Source of the DNA: an uncultured delta proteobacterium
Lineage (GTDB): Bacteria; Desulfobacterota; BSN033; UBA1163
NCBI GenBank assembly: GCA_963708295.1
Contig: CAVPSJ010000007.1
Coordinates: forward strand, 165,797-229,796
Reading direction: 5' to 3'
Length of the DNA: 64,000 bases
Part shown: positions 1-10,550 of the stretch, in pieces
Position numbering within the stretch: the first letter of the stretch is position 1
How the letters are laid out: every line of letters starts with the position of its first letter
The notes under the pieces: model-generated
Database searches by the model: none
What the model saw: the letters and a program-made list of their open reading frames with translations, nothing else
Told to the model about the DNA's origin: nothing
Made by a program: the position numbers and the translations under genes

Positions 1-139
1 CTTCACCCTCTTTGCAATCCTTTTTACTTTCATCGGTTTTCAGTTCTTTGCACTCGGGGTGATGGGCGAGTATATCGGCCGGATATACAGGGAAGTCAGA
101 AAAAGGCCGGAGTACATGATTGAAAGGGTTTATCCCTAG
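1..139 (+). CDS. arnC: 3' end of undecaprenyl-phosphate Ara4FN transferase (GT2), truncated by window edge
   Basis: Manual translation of frame 2: [45 protein letters not shown]; the [17 protein letters not shown] tail is typical of ArnC/YfdH; directly upstream of arnA domains. Confidence 0.8.
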   Translation, partial: FTLFAILFTFIGFQFFALGVMGEYIGRIYREVRKRPEYMIERVYP

Positions 140-140
140 G

Positions 141-1066
141 ATGAAAGCGGTCGTTTTTGCCTATCATAATATAGGCATCGTTGGCCTGGAGGCCTTGGCG
201 CGGGAAAAATTCGATATTCGGGCCATTTTCTCCCATCTCGATGACCCTGAGGAGAACATCTGGTTTGGCTCGGTGGCGGAGTGGGGAAAGAAGAACCAAA
301 TCCCGGTGTTCTGTCCTAAGAATGTCAACACTCCCGAATGGATCGACAGGATCCGCAAGATATCGCCTGAAGTTATTTTTTCATTCTACTATCGGAATCT
401 TCTGGGCAGTGATATCTTAATGATTCCCATCCGCGGGCGCGTTTAACCTTCACGGTTCTTTGCTCCCGGCCTACCGGGGGCGGTCCCCGGTCAACTGGGT
501 TCTTGTCAACGGAGAGCAGCGAACGGGTGTGACGTTACATTACATGCTCAAAGCGCCCGACGCAGGAGATATCGTCGGGCAGAAAGAGGTGGGCATCGAA
601 TTTGAAGATACGGCCTATACCCTTTACCAGAAGCTTTGTGGAAGAGCAAGAGACCTCCTTGAGGAAGCGCTCCCGCTGATCAAGAAAGGAAATGCCCCGC
701 GCGTCGCACAGAACTTGAGTCAAGGGAGTTACTATGGAGGGCGGAGGCCTGAGGACGGAAAGATAGACTGGAGCTGGCCGGTCATGAGAGTTTACAATCT
801 GATCAGGGCGGTGACAGAACCCTTCCCGGGAGCTTTCACTTACCTGCCCGGAGGTGAAAAGCTGTTCATCTGGTGGGGTCTTCCTGAAACAAGACAGCGT
901 TTCGATGGGCCCCGTCGGAGCTTTAGGATTTGAAAAGGATCATGTCTACGCCCGGGCGTCTGACGGAAGGCTGAGATTGTTGGATATCGGGGTGAGAAAG
1001 CAACGGATGAAGGATCATCAAATTCTTGATTTTTTCAAAAACCAACAGGGAGTCATCTTAAAATGA
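141..1066 (+). CDS. arnA: UDP-Ara4N formyltransferase (stand-alone ArnA N-terminal domain); two apparent frameshifts
   Basis: [12 protein letters not shown]..., [40 protein letters not shown] spread across ORFs 120-446, 460-933, 854-1066. Confidence 0.85.
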
Positions 1067-2101
1067 AGATACTGATACTGGGCGTCAATGGTTTTATCGG
1101 GCATCATTTGACCCAGCGGATCCTTGATGCCACGGATTGGAGCGTTTTCGGAATGGACCTTGCCGCCGACAGGCTGGAGAAGGTGATCCATCATCCCCGA
1201 TTTCACTTCCTCGAAGGAGATATCTCGATCAACCGGGAGTGGATCGAGTATCACGTCAAGAAATGTGATGTCATCATCCCGCTCGTTGCGATTGCCACGC
1301 CGAAGCTCTACATGACCAATCCCCTGGGTGTCTTCGAATTGGATTTCGAGATGAACCTGAACATCGTCAAACAATGCGTAAAATACGAGAAAAGGATCGT
1401 CTTTCCTTCCACCTCGGAAGTGTACGGGGCTTCCCCGGACCCTGAATTCAAAGAGGATGAAAGTTTCCTCGTCCTTGGACCCATCCATAAAGAACGGTGG
1501 ATTTATTCCTGCTGCAAGCAACTTCTCGACCGGGTGATTTACGCGTACGGCACCCGAGGTTACTTGGAGTTCACCCTGTTCAGGCCCTTCAACTGGATCG
1601 GGCCGAGGCTCGATTCTCTGGATGTTGCCAAGGAGGGAAGTTCCAGGGTGGTCACCCAGTTCATCGCGGAACTCTTAATGAAAAGACCCCTCTCCCTGGT
1701 GGACGGCGGCGATCAAAAAAGATGCTTTACCCACGTGGACGACGGAATCGGCGCGCTGATGAAAATCCTGGAGAACAAGGATGGCTGCTGCAAAAACGAA
1801 ATCATCAACATCGGCAACCCCGAACAACGAATGTTCGATCAAAGAACTTGCCCATATCCTAAAACGGATCTTCATGGCCCATCCGAAACATAGAGACGAC
1901 AAGGCTTTCTCCGAGATCGTTGAAACACCCTCGGACACCTATTACGGGAAAGGCTACCAGGACATTTACGCCCGGAAACCCAGCATCGAAAAAGCCAAGA
2001 AGCTCCTCGGATGGACTCCCAAGATCGGGCTTGAGGAATCCCTCAGAAGTACGCTCTATGCTTTCCTAGAAGAAAATGAAAAACTTGTCGGGGCCGATTA
2101 A
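1063..2101 (+). CDS. arnA: UDP-glucuronic acid dehydrogenase/decarboxylase (stand-alone ArnA C-terminal domain); one frameshift near 1820
   Basis: GVNGFIG Rossmann motif, [23 protein letters not shown]; continues in ORF 1781-2101 (YYGKGYQD). Confidence 0.9.
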
Positions 2102-2963
2102 TAGAAGAAACATTTTGGGCCTTAAAATCGACGTCGACACCTATGTGGGCATGAAGCAAGGTGTCCCGCGCCTTCTCTCCATTCTCTCCCGCTTTGACAT
2201 TCAAGCCACTTTTTATCTCAGCATGGGACCGGATGCCTCGGGGAGGGCCATCCTTCAATTGATAAAAAACCCACGTTTTCTCAAGAAGATGTTGAGGACG
2301 AATGCGGGGCGCCTCTATGGATGGAAGACCGCCTTGTACGGCACGTTGCTCCCCTCACCCATGATTGCGCTTTCATTCCCGGAACTCGTCGAGCAAATTA
2401 TTTCAGCGGGGCACGAGGTGGAATTTCACGCATGGGACCACAGGCGATGGCAAGATGAACTTTATAAACGATCCAACGAATGGATCGAGGATTGGTTTGA
2501 GAAGGGCATCCAGGCCTATCGGAGACTGGTTAAGAAGGAACCGTCCTCTTTCGGGGCCCCTTCCTGGTTGATTGACGACAGGGTGTTGGAAATTGCACAA
2601 AAATATCCCTTTCAATACCTGAGTTGTACCCGGGCGAAAGAACCTTTTATTCATGAAATATCAGGGCTGATGGAGATCCCTTCGAATCTCCCCTGTTTCG
2701 AAGAGATTGGCGTCACTCGAGGTGTCTCAAAGATTCTTCAAATTCTGAAAGATGGGGGAATGTACATCCTCCCGGTCCATGCCGAGGCAGAAGGCGGGAT
2801 ATGGGATAAGTATTTCATCGAGTTATGCGAGGGGGTGCGAGGTACCGATTTCGAAATCCTTCCCCTTTCCAAAATCCACGCCCTTCTAAAATCCGAACCC
2901 TTACCTGTCCGAAAGTACCGCATGGAGCTATTACCCGGGCGATCGACTCCGTGTGCGGTCTAG
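2076..2963 (+). CDS. arnD: Ara4FN-phosphoundecaprenol deformylase (polysaccharide deacetylase fold)
   Basis: LKIDVDT, SMGPD, YGTLLP, HAWDH, VHAEAEG motifs; follows arnA. Confidence 0.85.
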   Translation: MKNLSGPINRRNILGLKIDVDTYVGMKQGVPRLLSILSRFDIQATFYLSMGPDASGRAILQLIKNPRFLKKMLRTNAGRLYGWKTALYGTLLPSPMIALSFPELVEQIISAGHEVEFHAWDHRRWQDELYKRSNEWIEDWFEKGIQAYRRLVKKEPSSFGAPSWLIDDRVLEIAQKYPFQYLSCTRAKEPFIHEISGLMEIPSNLPCFEEIGVTRGVSKILQILKDGGMYILPVHAEAEGGIWDKYFIELCEGVRGTDFEILPLSKIHALLKSEPLPVRKYRMELLPGRSTPCAV

Positions 2964-3017
2964 GCCGGCATCAATCAACCTCACAGTCGAATGACAGCAT
3001 TTCGAAAAAGACAAATC

Positions 3018-3950
3018 TCAACCAATCTCATAATAAATTGAATCACCGAAAACCCGGGCGTGTATTTTTCCTTCAGTAACCAACGGCTGGATATACTTTT
3101 CTATCTCATTTTCTTGAATTCCCATTCCTTTGGAGAGGTCAGCAATAGAAAGAGGTCTTCTTCTCAGAATTCTTAATATTTCTTCTTTGATATCTCTCTC
3201 CGTGACTTCCGGTGGGTGACGGTCAAACTCTGAGATGATCGAAGCCTTCTCCCCGAAGAAGGTTCTCATCTCTTCCATTTCCTTTTGATTCAGAGGGACG
3301 GCCCATTTTTCAAAAGGAGGTCGAACGACCGTATTGAGATGGATGAGATCGGGTTGGATCTGATCGATTGCCTTCTTCATTAAGAGGAGTTCGCTCCGCC
3401 TGTCATTGACTCCTTTGCAGAAAAGAATCTCCAACCAGATTTGCCTTTTGTAGACCCTTCTAAACTCGACCAATCCGCCAATCACTTTATCGATCGAAAT
3501 CCCCGAACGAGGGCGGTTGATCTTCTCAAAGACTTCTGCCGAGACTGCGTCCAAAGACGGAAGAACGACATCGGCTTGAAGGAGGCTCTCCCTCACGTTT
3601 TCCTCATAGAGTAAAGAACCGTTTGTGATCACTGCAACGGGAATGGAAGTGATCGCTTTAATCCCTCGGATGATCGAATCAATCTTTGAATGGAGCGTGG
3701 GTTCCCCGGATCCGGTAAGGGAGAGATGATCGACGGAAGAAGTTTCTTCTTTAAGGAATCTCTTTACTTCTTCCAGAATTTCGTTAACGGGGATATATTC
3801 TTTTCTGATGAGCGTTTTTTCAGAGGTCTTCCCGATCTGGCAATAGATACAGTCGTAGGTGCAGATTTTGTGAGGAACGAGGTCGACTCCGAGTGATCTT
3901 CCAAGCCTCCTGGAAGGCACAGGACCATACAGATGACGATAATTCTTCAT
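3018..3950 (-). CDS. Radical SAM protein (COG0731-like) with C-terminal winged helix
   Basis: YGPVPSRRLGRSLG N-terminus, CTYDCIYC, GSGEPTLH. Confidence 0.85.
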   Translation of the reverse strand: MKNYRHLYGPVPSRRLGRSLGVDLVPHKICTYDCIYCQIGKTSEKTLIRKEYIPVNEILEEVKRFLKEETSSVDHLSLTGSGEPTLHSKIDSIIRGIKAITSIPVAVITNGSLLYEENVRESLLQADVVLPSLDAVSAEVFEKINRPRSGISIDKVIGGLVEFRRVYKRQIWLEILFCKGVNDRRSELLLMKKAIDQIQPDLIHLNTVVRPPFEKWAVPLNQKEMEEMRTFFGEKASIISEFDRHPPEVTERDIKEEILRILRRRPLSIADLSKGMGIQENEIEKYIQPLVTEGKIHARVFGDSIYYEIG

Positions 3951-4090
3951 TATCGGTTCGAGACCCTGCTTGACGGGGTTAGTGAGTCAGATTCGATTTA
4001 GTTAGATGCCAATAGCCAAATTCCAGAATCCCTAATAAATTTCGCATGACAGGTTCGTCACCCACGAACGATGAAAATTACCCAGGATTA

Positions 4091-4180
4091 TCCTCCCCCT
4101 TGACGGGGGAGGATCGAGGTGGGGGTGCACATATTATATGTCCCCCTCACCCCCACCCTCTCCCACCAGGGGAGAGGGGG
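4091..4180. repeat. Pair of REP-like GC-rich palindromes between convergent-free genes
   Basis: TCCTCCCCCTTGACGGGGGAGGA and CCCTCACCCCCACCCTCTCCCACCAGGGGAGAGGGG; related sequences near 11310, 22265, 29216 and 52720. Confidence 0.7.
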
Positions 4181-4311
4181 ATAAGCGAGTTATTTCCAGC
4201 GTAATACAAATTACCCGATGTCCAAATAGCAAACCTGCCTCTTGTCTTTTGTTTGAGTTTCGGTCATTGGGATTTGGTGATTATTTGACTATTGGTGCTT
4301 GGAATTCAGAC

Positions 4312-4662
4312 CTACGCCCCGAATTTTTTTAATTTGAGCCCGTTGGCCAGCATCAAGGGAAGAAGATGAACCGCCGGAAACCTGCCCAGCTGGCCTTTTT
4401 GGCAGTACCTCTCCGTGAAGCGCCGGATACCGTCAGGCCGGAGGTACTTCGAATGGAGAAGTATCGGATTGGGATGCCAGCTATGGCCCTTTAGAAGGCT
4501 CGGGGTAGAGTGATCTCCCGTAACCACCAAGACATCCGGTTTCAACTTAAGGATGGATGGAATGACCCGGTCAATCTCTTCCAGGGCCTTCACCTTCATC
4601 TTAAAATTGCCGTCCTCCCCCGCTGAATCGGTTTTCTTAAAATGATCATCAGGGAGTATCAT
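4312..4662 (-). pseudogene. apgM: Cofactor-independent phosphoglycerate mutase (ApgM type), only C-terminal ~110 aa present
   Basis: [32 protein letters not shown]; 116 aa versus roughly 400 for the family. Confidence 0.7.
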
Positions 4663-5241
4663 GCTTGCCGATCCTCCTGGCCTTTCTTGCCGTAGTGGTC
4701 AGAATAGACAAACTCTGAAATGTCTTTCCTCTTCGGAGCGCTTCCCTCGGTGGCTGGATGTCCGAGAGGGGTCATCGCCACGACCTCGACGGTCTGGGGA
4801 ACCCCGAGGACCTCCGCAACCTTTCTATGGTCGAACGTTGCCAACAACCACCGTGCCCAAGCCCAGACGCATGCGCAGCTAAACAAAGATTCTGCATCGC
4901 AAGACCCGTATCAAACATGAGCCAATCCCCCTTCTCTGTCTGTTTGGCTCTCCTTTATAATAACCGGATATCCCTTTCTTCCCGCATAGGACAAGGACGA
5001 GGGGTGCATCGGTCATTGCGGAAGAAGCTGGATTCCCCTTTGAAAGAGCAGGTTGCCAACTCAGACTTGACCTTTGGGATCTTTTACAGACAATCACTTC
5101 CCAGCATTGGGTATTGGCCCAGGAAGGAGACCATCTCACGGCCTCCATCAAGGTGCGGAGTGCTTCTTCAGGAACAGGATCGGGTTTGTATTTACGAATG
5201 CTCCGTCTTCCCTTGATCGCTTCCATCAGATCCATATTCAT
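4659..5241 (-). CDS. Nitroreductase family protein (frameshifted)
   Basis: [21 protein letters not shown] in ORF 4879-5241; VAEVLGVP...MTPLGHP..RK in ORF 4659-4886. Confidence 0.8.
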
Positions 5242-5259
5242 TTTCTCCTTCTCCTCAAT

Positions 5260-5418
5260 TTAGTCCGCCTCAAACACATCTTTCCCTGCGCCACAAACGG
5301 GGCAGACCCAGTCTTCCGGAATTTCCTCAAAGGCTGTTCCGGGCTTAACCCCGTTATCAGGATCTCCTTTTGATGGATCATAAACATAGCCGCAAATTGA
5401 GCATTTCCACTTTTTCAT
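5260..5418 (-). CDS. Rubredoxin
   Basis: [15 protein letters not shown]...[10 protein letters not shown] with two CxxCG motifs; own RBS GAGGAGGGG just upstream of ATG at 5418. Confidence 0.92.
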   Translation of the reverse strand: MKKWKCSICGYVYDPSKGDPDNGVKPGTAFEEIPEDWVCPVCGAGKDVFEAD

Positions 5419-5439
5419 TTTCCCCTCCTCGATCATCTC

Positions 5440-5733
5440 ATCGCTCTGTCCTTGACTAAGAATAGATCCCTTCCAATCAGCGAAAACCGGATATTCTGCC
5501 GGAAAGAGGGAAACCCTGTCTCCCTCTCTGAGCGACTGATCCAAAAAGGCCCCCGTGTGATTAACAAAGATCAGCTTGACTCTTTCCTTTGGTATCCCCA
5601 GCACCTGGATAGCTTCCTGGACCGTGGCTCCAGCCTTGATGGTAATTTCCATGAGTTCTCGTTGTTGTGGAGAACCATGAGGGAGAAGACTCCCCATCAA
5701 CTTCACATAAACCGTTACCAATTCCCCGCACAC
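5440..5733 (-). CDS. MoaD/ThiS-like ubiquitin-fold protein lacking C-terminal GG (reads in frame into rubredoxin as assembled; 3' end uncertain)
   Basis: [30 protein letters not shown] followed by AEYPVFADW. Confidence 0.7.
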
Positions 5734-6030
5734 TCAAGTTTTTTCCTGATGATTTAAATCTCTCCGGAAGGAGATGGCGACATACATATTAAACGCCATC
5801 TCCGGTGGAAAAAGGGCAACCCGGTCGCCGTTGGATAAAATGCTCTCAGAATCAGCACCCCTCCCGTTGAGCAAAATCATCCTCACCTTTTCAGGAGGAA
5901 TTCCCAGTTCCCGTATGACTTCACGAACGGTTGCTTTTTCCGATGTCTCCAGTGGAAAGAGGCCGTCCTTGGAATCGCTCCTTCCATACGGTCTGAGGGA
6001 GGCATGTAATTTGACAGTAATCTGCATCAA
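5734..6030 (-). CDS. MoaD/ThiS-like ubiquitin-fold protein lacking C-terminal GG
   Basis: ITVKLHASL..TVREVIRELGIP..LLNG..LSNGDRVALFPP followed by EMAFNMYVAISF. Confidence 0.78.
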   Translation of the reverse strand: MMQITVKLHASLRPYGRSDSKDGLFPLETSEKATVREVIRELGIPPEKVRMILLNGRGADSESILSNGDRVALFPPEMAFNMYVAISFRRDLNHQEKT

Positions 6031-6054
6031 TTCCTTTTCTTAAAGGACGAAACA

Positions 6055-6080
6055 GGGGCGGGACTCAACTCTCCCGCCCC
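6055..6080 (-). terminator. GC hairpin downstream of aor (terminator or stabilising stem)
   Basis: GGGGCGGGA-8 nt-TCCCGCCCC, weak U-tract on minus strand. Confidence 0.5.
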
Positions 6081-6097
6081 CGCGCGACTGCGAAGCG

Positions 6098-7829
6098 TTA
6101 AAACTTAAAGACCTTGTCCAGATCAACATCGGGAACCAAAAAGGTTAGATTATGGGGAGGGAGTTTCTCCTCTTTAAAAAACTCCGGCAGCCGGTCGTCC
6201 ACATTGGAAAACCCTGCTCGCTCATTAAAATCTCTCTCCACCTTAAGGATCTTCTTTCCGAGGGCAGCCACATCATCAGCCGTCAGATTCCATCCGTACC
6301 GACCATTGAGCATTCCAATGACTCCCTCAAAGCATTCGGGGATATCCAGGGCTGGAAATGCAATAAACAGGCAGAGGCCTGCTGAATCAACGGCGGCTGT
6401 TGTGATCTGGAGATTCTGGGACAATGCCACCTGGCCATCCGGTTTCAACGGATCGACATATCCCCCGACTTTCATAATATTTGTCGCTGTAGCATATCCA
6501 GCCGTATGGTCGGCGCCCATGGTCGAGGTTGCATAGGTCACGCCGATCCCCTGAATGGCCCGGGGCTCATAGGCCGGCATCCCCTGGTTTTTCACCACTG
6601 GAACCCGGGTCACACCAAAAGCCTTTCCTGTAAAACCAGCGCCGTTCCCAATAATTCTTCCCAGAGGCGTCCCCTTTCCTGCTTCGTGGATCAACTCGAT
6701 CGCCCCTTCGGCATCTCCAAACTCCTTGACCCCCGCTTCCATGGCTACCCCTATCGTGCATCCCATCTCAATCGTATCAAATCCATAATCGTCGCAGAGG
6801 CGGTCGATGCGGGCAATTGCATCCAGGTCGTCGATCCCGCAGTTGGCCCCATTGGCCCAGATGGTCTCATATTCAAGGCCTGAGGTGATGTATTTGCCTT
6901 TTTCATCCACGTACTCGTTCGAACACTGAATGATACAGGTGGTACATCCGGAATGGGTCGTCTTTCCTCCTCTCTTCGAAATAACTGTCATGCATCGTTT
7001 CTCCGCTGATCTTGTCCGTCCCCTCAAATCGTCCCGAGGAGAAATTCCGGGTCGGATATCCCCCAGCCTCATTGATGATCGCTGCCAGAACATTGGTGCC
7101 GTACTTCGGGAGTCCCTCGCTGGTCACGGGATGTTCCCGCAATGCCTTCACAAACTTTTGGGAAGCCTCCTTAAAAAGGTCCGGGTTTTTTATGGCGACC
7201 TTTTCAGCCCCTGTGTCATCCACGACAATCGCCTTCAAGCCTTTTGATCCCATCACCGCACCCATGCCTCCCCTTCCTGCATGACGGGAAGGGTATCCGT
7301 TGGTGCTGGTGACAGCGATACTGGCCATTGCCATCTTCATCTCCCCGGCAGGCCCGATGGAGATAATGCCCGCTTTCTTGTCATATTTGGCCTGGAGTTT
7401 CTCTACCAATTCGTAGTTACCCAGTCCTTTCAAGTCATCCGCTGGAAAGAGCTTTGCCCCGTCCTTGCTGACGGCTAAGCCGTAAAGTTTTCCCTTCTCC
7501 GGTTTCCCTTCGATAATGATAGCGGCAATGCCCAGTCGCGCCAATTTGGTTGCCGCTGTGCCCCCCACATTGCTCTCCTTGATCCCTCCTGTCAAAGGAC
7601 TCTTGGCGCCGATGGAAAGCCTTCCCGAATTCGCAGCGGTCGTTCCCGTCAAAAGCCCGGGGGTGATGACCAGTTTGTTATGTTGGCCGATCGGATGGCA
7701 TAGAGGCGGGACTTCTTTGCTCACCACCATGGATGTCAGCCCACGACCTCCCAGGCCGCTATAATCCCCGCTGACTTTCTCTTCGGAAACCTTGAGATTG
7801 CTCATGTTTACTCTGAAGATTCTGTCCAT
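6098..7829 (-). CDS. aor: Aldehyde:ferredoxin oxidoreductase (W/Mo-pterin AOR family); one frameshift near 6980
   Basis: SIGAKSPLTGGIKESNVGG, AGRGGMGAVMGSKGLKAIV, GCTTCIIQC, EYET, CDDYGFD, GADHTAG, DDRLP. Confidence 0.9.
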
Positions 7830-8207
7830 ATCACTCCTCCTTTCTTTTCGATTCCGCACCGGATCATAGGATCCGAGTGAAAAAAGGGTTTTAAGAAAGA
7901 CTGAAAGCCAGGATTTTCCTTAATTATTATAAATACTATCAAGAATCGAAATGCAACGCAATAGAAAGTAAGGACCCCACCAGAAGAAAGAAGGGGGTGA
8001 GGAATTATGTGCTCTTTAGCTTCAGTGCAGAAACTCTCTTCCCCATCACTCACCGCGTAAGAGTGAGTTTTGCAGCAGACTGTTCTCCCGTTACGGTCCA
8101 TAATAATTCAAAGGATTCTTCTATCAAAGGAAAATTAATCTCCCATCTTGACATGCTTTGTAGAATTGTTGAAAAATGAGTGTAATGCAACGTCTAGGGA
8201 AAATCGA

Positions 8208-9380
8208 ATGAAAGATCTTCTCCACCTCTTTCGCTGGCAAGACGCGCTAGATATCCTCATCCTGACCTATATTTTCTACCGCCTTTACCTCTGGTTGAGA
8301 AAGAAAAAAGCCCTGCGGATGATCCTTGCTATTCTGGCTCTGCCCCTTTTCTATATTGTTGCCAGGTGGGTTGACCTCCCTCTTTCGGTCTGGGGACTCC
8401 AGAATCTTTGGCCGGTAATCCTCATCGTTCTCGTCGTCATTTTTCAGGAAGAGATCCGCGAAGTCCTCGGAAACGTCAGCCTTCCCAGTTTTTTCTTTGG
8501 CAGATCCGAGAAACTCACTTCAGAAGCCATCGATAACATCGTTGAGACCGCCTTTCAGATGGCGGACAGAAAGATCGGGGGATTGATCGTTTTGCAAAAA
8601 GGAGACGACCTTGACGAACTCATCCATGAAAAAACGGACCTGGATGCAGAGATCAACGAAGACCTGGTGATCAGCATTTTCAGCCCCCAATCTCCTTTGC
8701 ATGACGGTGCGGTGATCATTCAAGGGGATCGAATTCGGCATGCGGCTGCCCTTCTCCCTTTGTGCAAATTGACCTCCCTCCCCAAAGAATGGGGAACCCG
8801 ACATCGGGCGGGTGTTGGCATCACCGAAATCTCAGATGCGGAATGTCTGATCATTTCCGAGGAGAGAGGGGAGGTGCTACTGGCATCTAAAGGAGCGTTA
8901 CAAAAAAGAGAAACGAGAGAAGATCTAAGACGGGGCCTGGCTCACGATGCTCCTGTTCAAGAGAAAAAAAATAGGGAAAAGGTTTGGGCCAAGAAGTTCT
9001 TTGGAGATCTTCCGAGAAAAGCTCTTTTTCTCTTCCTGGTATGCCTTCTCTGGGTGTTTGTCATCGGCGTCCGTCAAGGAGAGGTCGGTTTTAACATTCC
9101 GATCGAGTATTACTCTATCCCTCAAAACCTGGTCATTACGGGTGAACCGCCGAAAGAAGTAAATGTCCGGCTCAAGGCTTCACAAAGACTTCTCTTTTCT
9201 CTAAAACGGGACCAAATCAGGGTCCGGGTCGACCTGTCCGGTGCGCACAAGGGCAGCAACCAGATTTCTCTGTCTGAAACAAATATCGATGTCGGCCCTG
9301 GAATTTCAGTTGGCAATTTCTACCCCCGAAACATCAGACTGCAACTCTCTCCGGTCTTCCCTATGGATAGAATTCAATAA
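8208..9380 (+). CDS. Diadenylate cyclase (CdaA/DisA_N domain, 3 TM) fused to a C-terminal YbbR-like domain
   Basis: SPLHDGA, GTRHRA, IISEERG; then TM helix and PKEVNVRL..VDLS YbbR-type segment. Confidence 0.85.
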   Translation: MKDLLHLFRWQDALDILILTYIFYRLYLWLRKKKALRMILAILALPLFYIVARWVDLPLSVWGLQNLWPVILIVLVVIFQEEIREVLGNVSLPSFFFGRSEKLTSEAIDNIVETAFQMADRKIGGLIVLQKGDDLDELIHEKTDLDAEINEDLVISIFSPQSPLHDGAVIIQGDRIRHAAALLPLCKLTSLPKEWGTRHRAGVGITEISDAECLIISEERGEVLLASKGALQKRETREDLRRGLAHDAPVQEKKNREKVWAKKFFGDLPRKALFLFLVCLLWVFVIGVRQGEVGFNIPIEYYSIPQNLVITGEPPKEVNVRLKASQRLLFSLKRDQIRVRVDLSGAHKGSNQISLSETNIDVGPGISVGNFYPRNIRLQLSPVFPMDRIQ

Positions 9381-9458
9381 TCTTGACCGTCGCACAAGGA
9401 AAATGGCTCGAAACACATCATGGACATCCTTTCTCCCTTTTTGATAACATCCCCACGA

Positions 9459-10451
9459 ATGAAGAGGCACCATTCCATTACAGATGTTCCAGGAATTAGA
9501 GTAGGCCACGCAAGTGACTTCAAGGCATTGACCGGTTGCACCGTGATTCTCTGCGAAGAAGGGGCGATCGGAGCGGTTGACCTCCGGGGATCAGCAGCCG
9601 GCACGAGACAGATCGATCCTCTCACCCACCTCCATCTGGTGGATAAAATTCAAGCCCTTCTCCTGGCGGGCGGAAGTGCCTTCGGGTTGGATGCCGCGGG
9701 GGGAGTGATGGCCTACCTGGAGGAAAGGAAAAAAGGATTCGATGTGGTCAAGACCAAAATCCCTCATGTCCCCAGCGCGGTGATTTTCGACCTCGGCATT
9801 GGCGATTTTCGTGTGAGGCCGGACCGTGAGATGGGATATCAGGCTTGTCTCCAGGCGTCCCCAAGAGTGGCGGAAGGAAGTGTTGGGGCTGGAACCGGAG
9901 CCACCGTGGGAAAACTCTTTGGGATGGATCGGGCGATGAAGGGCGGGGTAGGCACATCAAGTATTCGAGGACCGAAGGGAATCATCGTAGGGGCCCTCGT
10001 CGTTGTGAATGCCTTTGGCGATGTGCTTGATCCTCTGTCCAATCAAATTCTGGCAGGCGCGAGGATATCTAAAAAAAGTTCCCGGTTGGCCAATTCATCG
10101 AAGTGGATGAAACGAGGGGTGGCATGGAAAAAATTTGGAGCGATCACTCCCTCAAATTCCCATAGCTTAAATACCACCCTGGGAGTAGTTGCAACGAACG
10201 CCCATTTTACAAAAAAAGAGCTGCAGCAGCTTGCCCAGATCGCTCACTCCGGTTTGACAAAAGTCATCTCACCCCTTCATACGACTTTCGACGGCGATCT
10301 CGTCTTCACGATTTCCTATGGAGACAAGAAAGCCGATGTGAATACCGTCGGACTTCTCGGAGAAGCGGTATTAATGGAGTCCGTCAAAAGGGCGATCACA
10401 AAAGCAAAGGGGTTTGGAATCCTCCCGGCATATCAAGACATTGTGGCATGA
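9459..10451 (+). CDS. Peptidase S58/DmpA family (P1) protein
   Basis: ITDVPGIRVGH, GGSAFGL, VGAGTGATVGK, NTTLGVVATN, HTTFDGD. Confidence 0.88.
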   Translation: MKRHHSITDVPGIRVGHASDFKALTGCTVILCEEGAIGAVDLRGSAAGTRQIDPLTHLHLVDKIQALLLAGGSAFGLDAAGGVMAYLEERKKGFDVVKTKIPHVPSAVIFDLGIGDFRVRPDREMGYQACLQASPRVAEGSVGAGTGATVGKLFGMDRAMKGGVGTSSIRGPKGIIVGALVVVNAFGDVLDPLSNQILAGARISKKSSRLANSSKWMKRGVAWKKFGAITPSNSHSLNTTLGVVATNAHFTKKELQQLAQIAHSGLTKVISPLHTTFDGDLVFTISYGDKKADVNTVGLLGEAVLMESVKRAITKAKGFGILPAYQDIVA

Positions 10452-10550
10452 AGATGATTCAAGTGATGAGTTCCGAGGTCAGAGTTCGGAGGCCGGGATC
10501 AGATACTTCTCACTCCGAACAAATTACCCCGAACTTACGAGGAACGAGAA

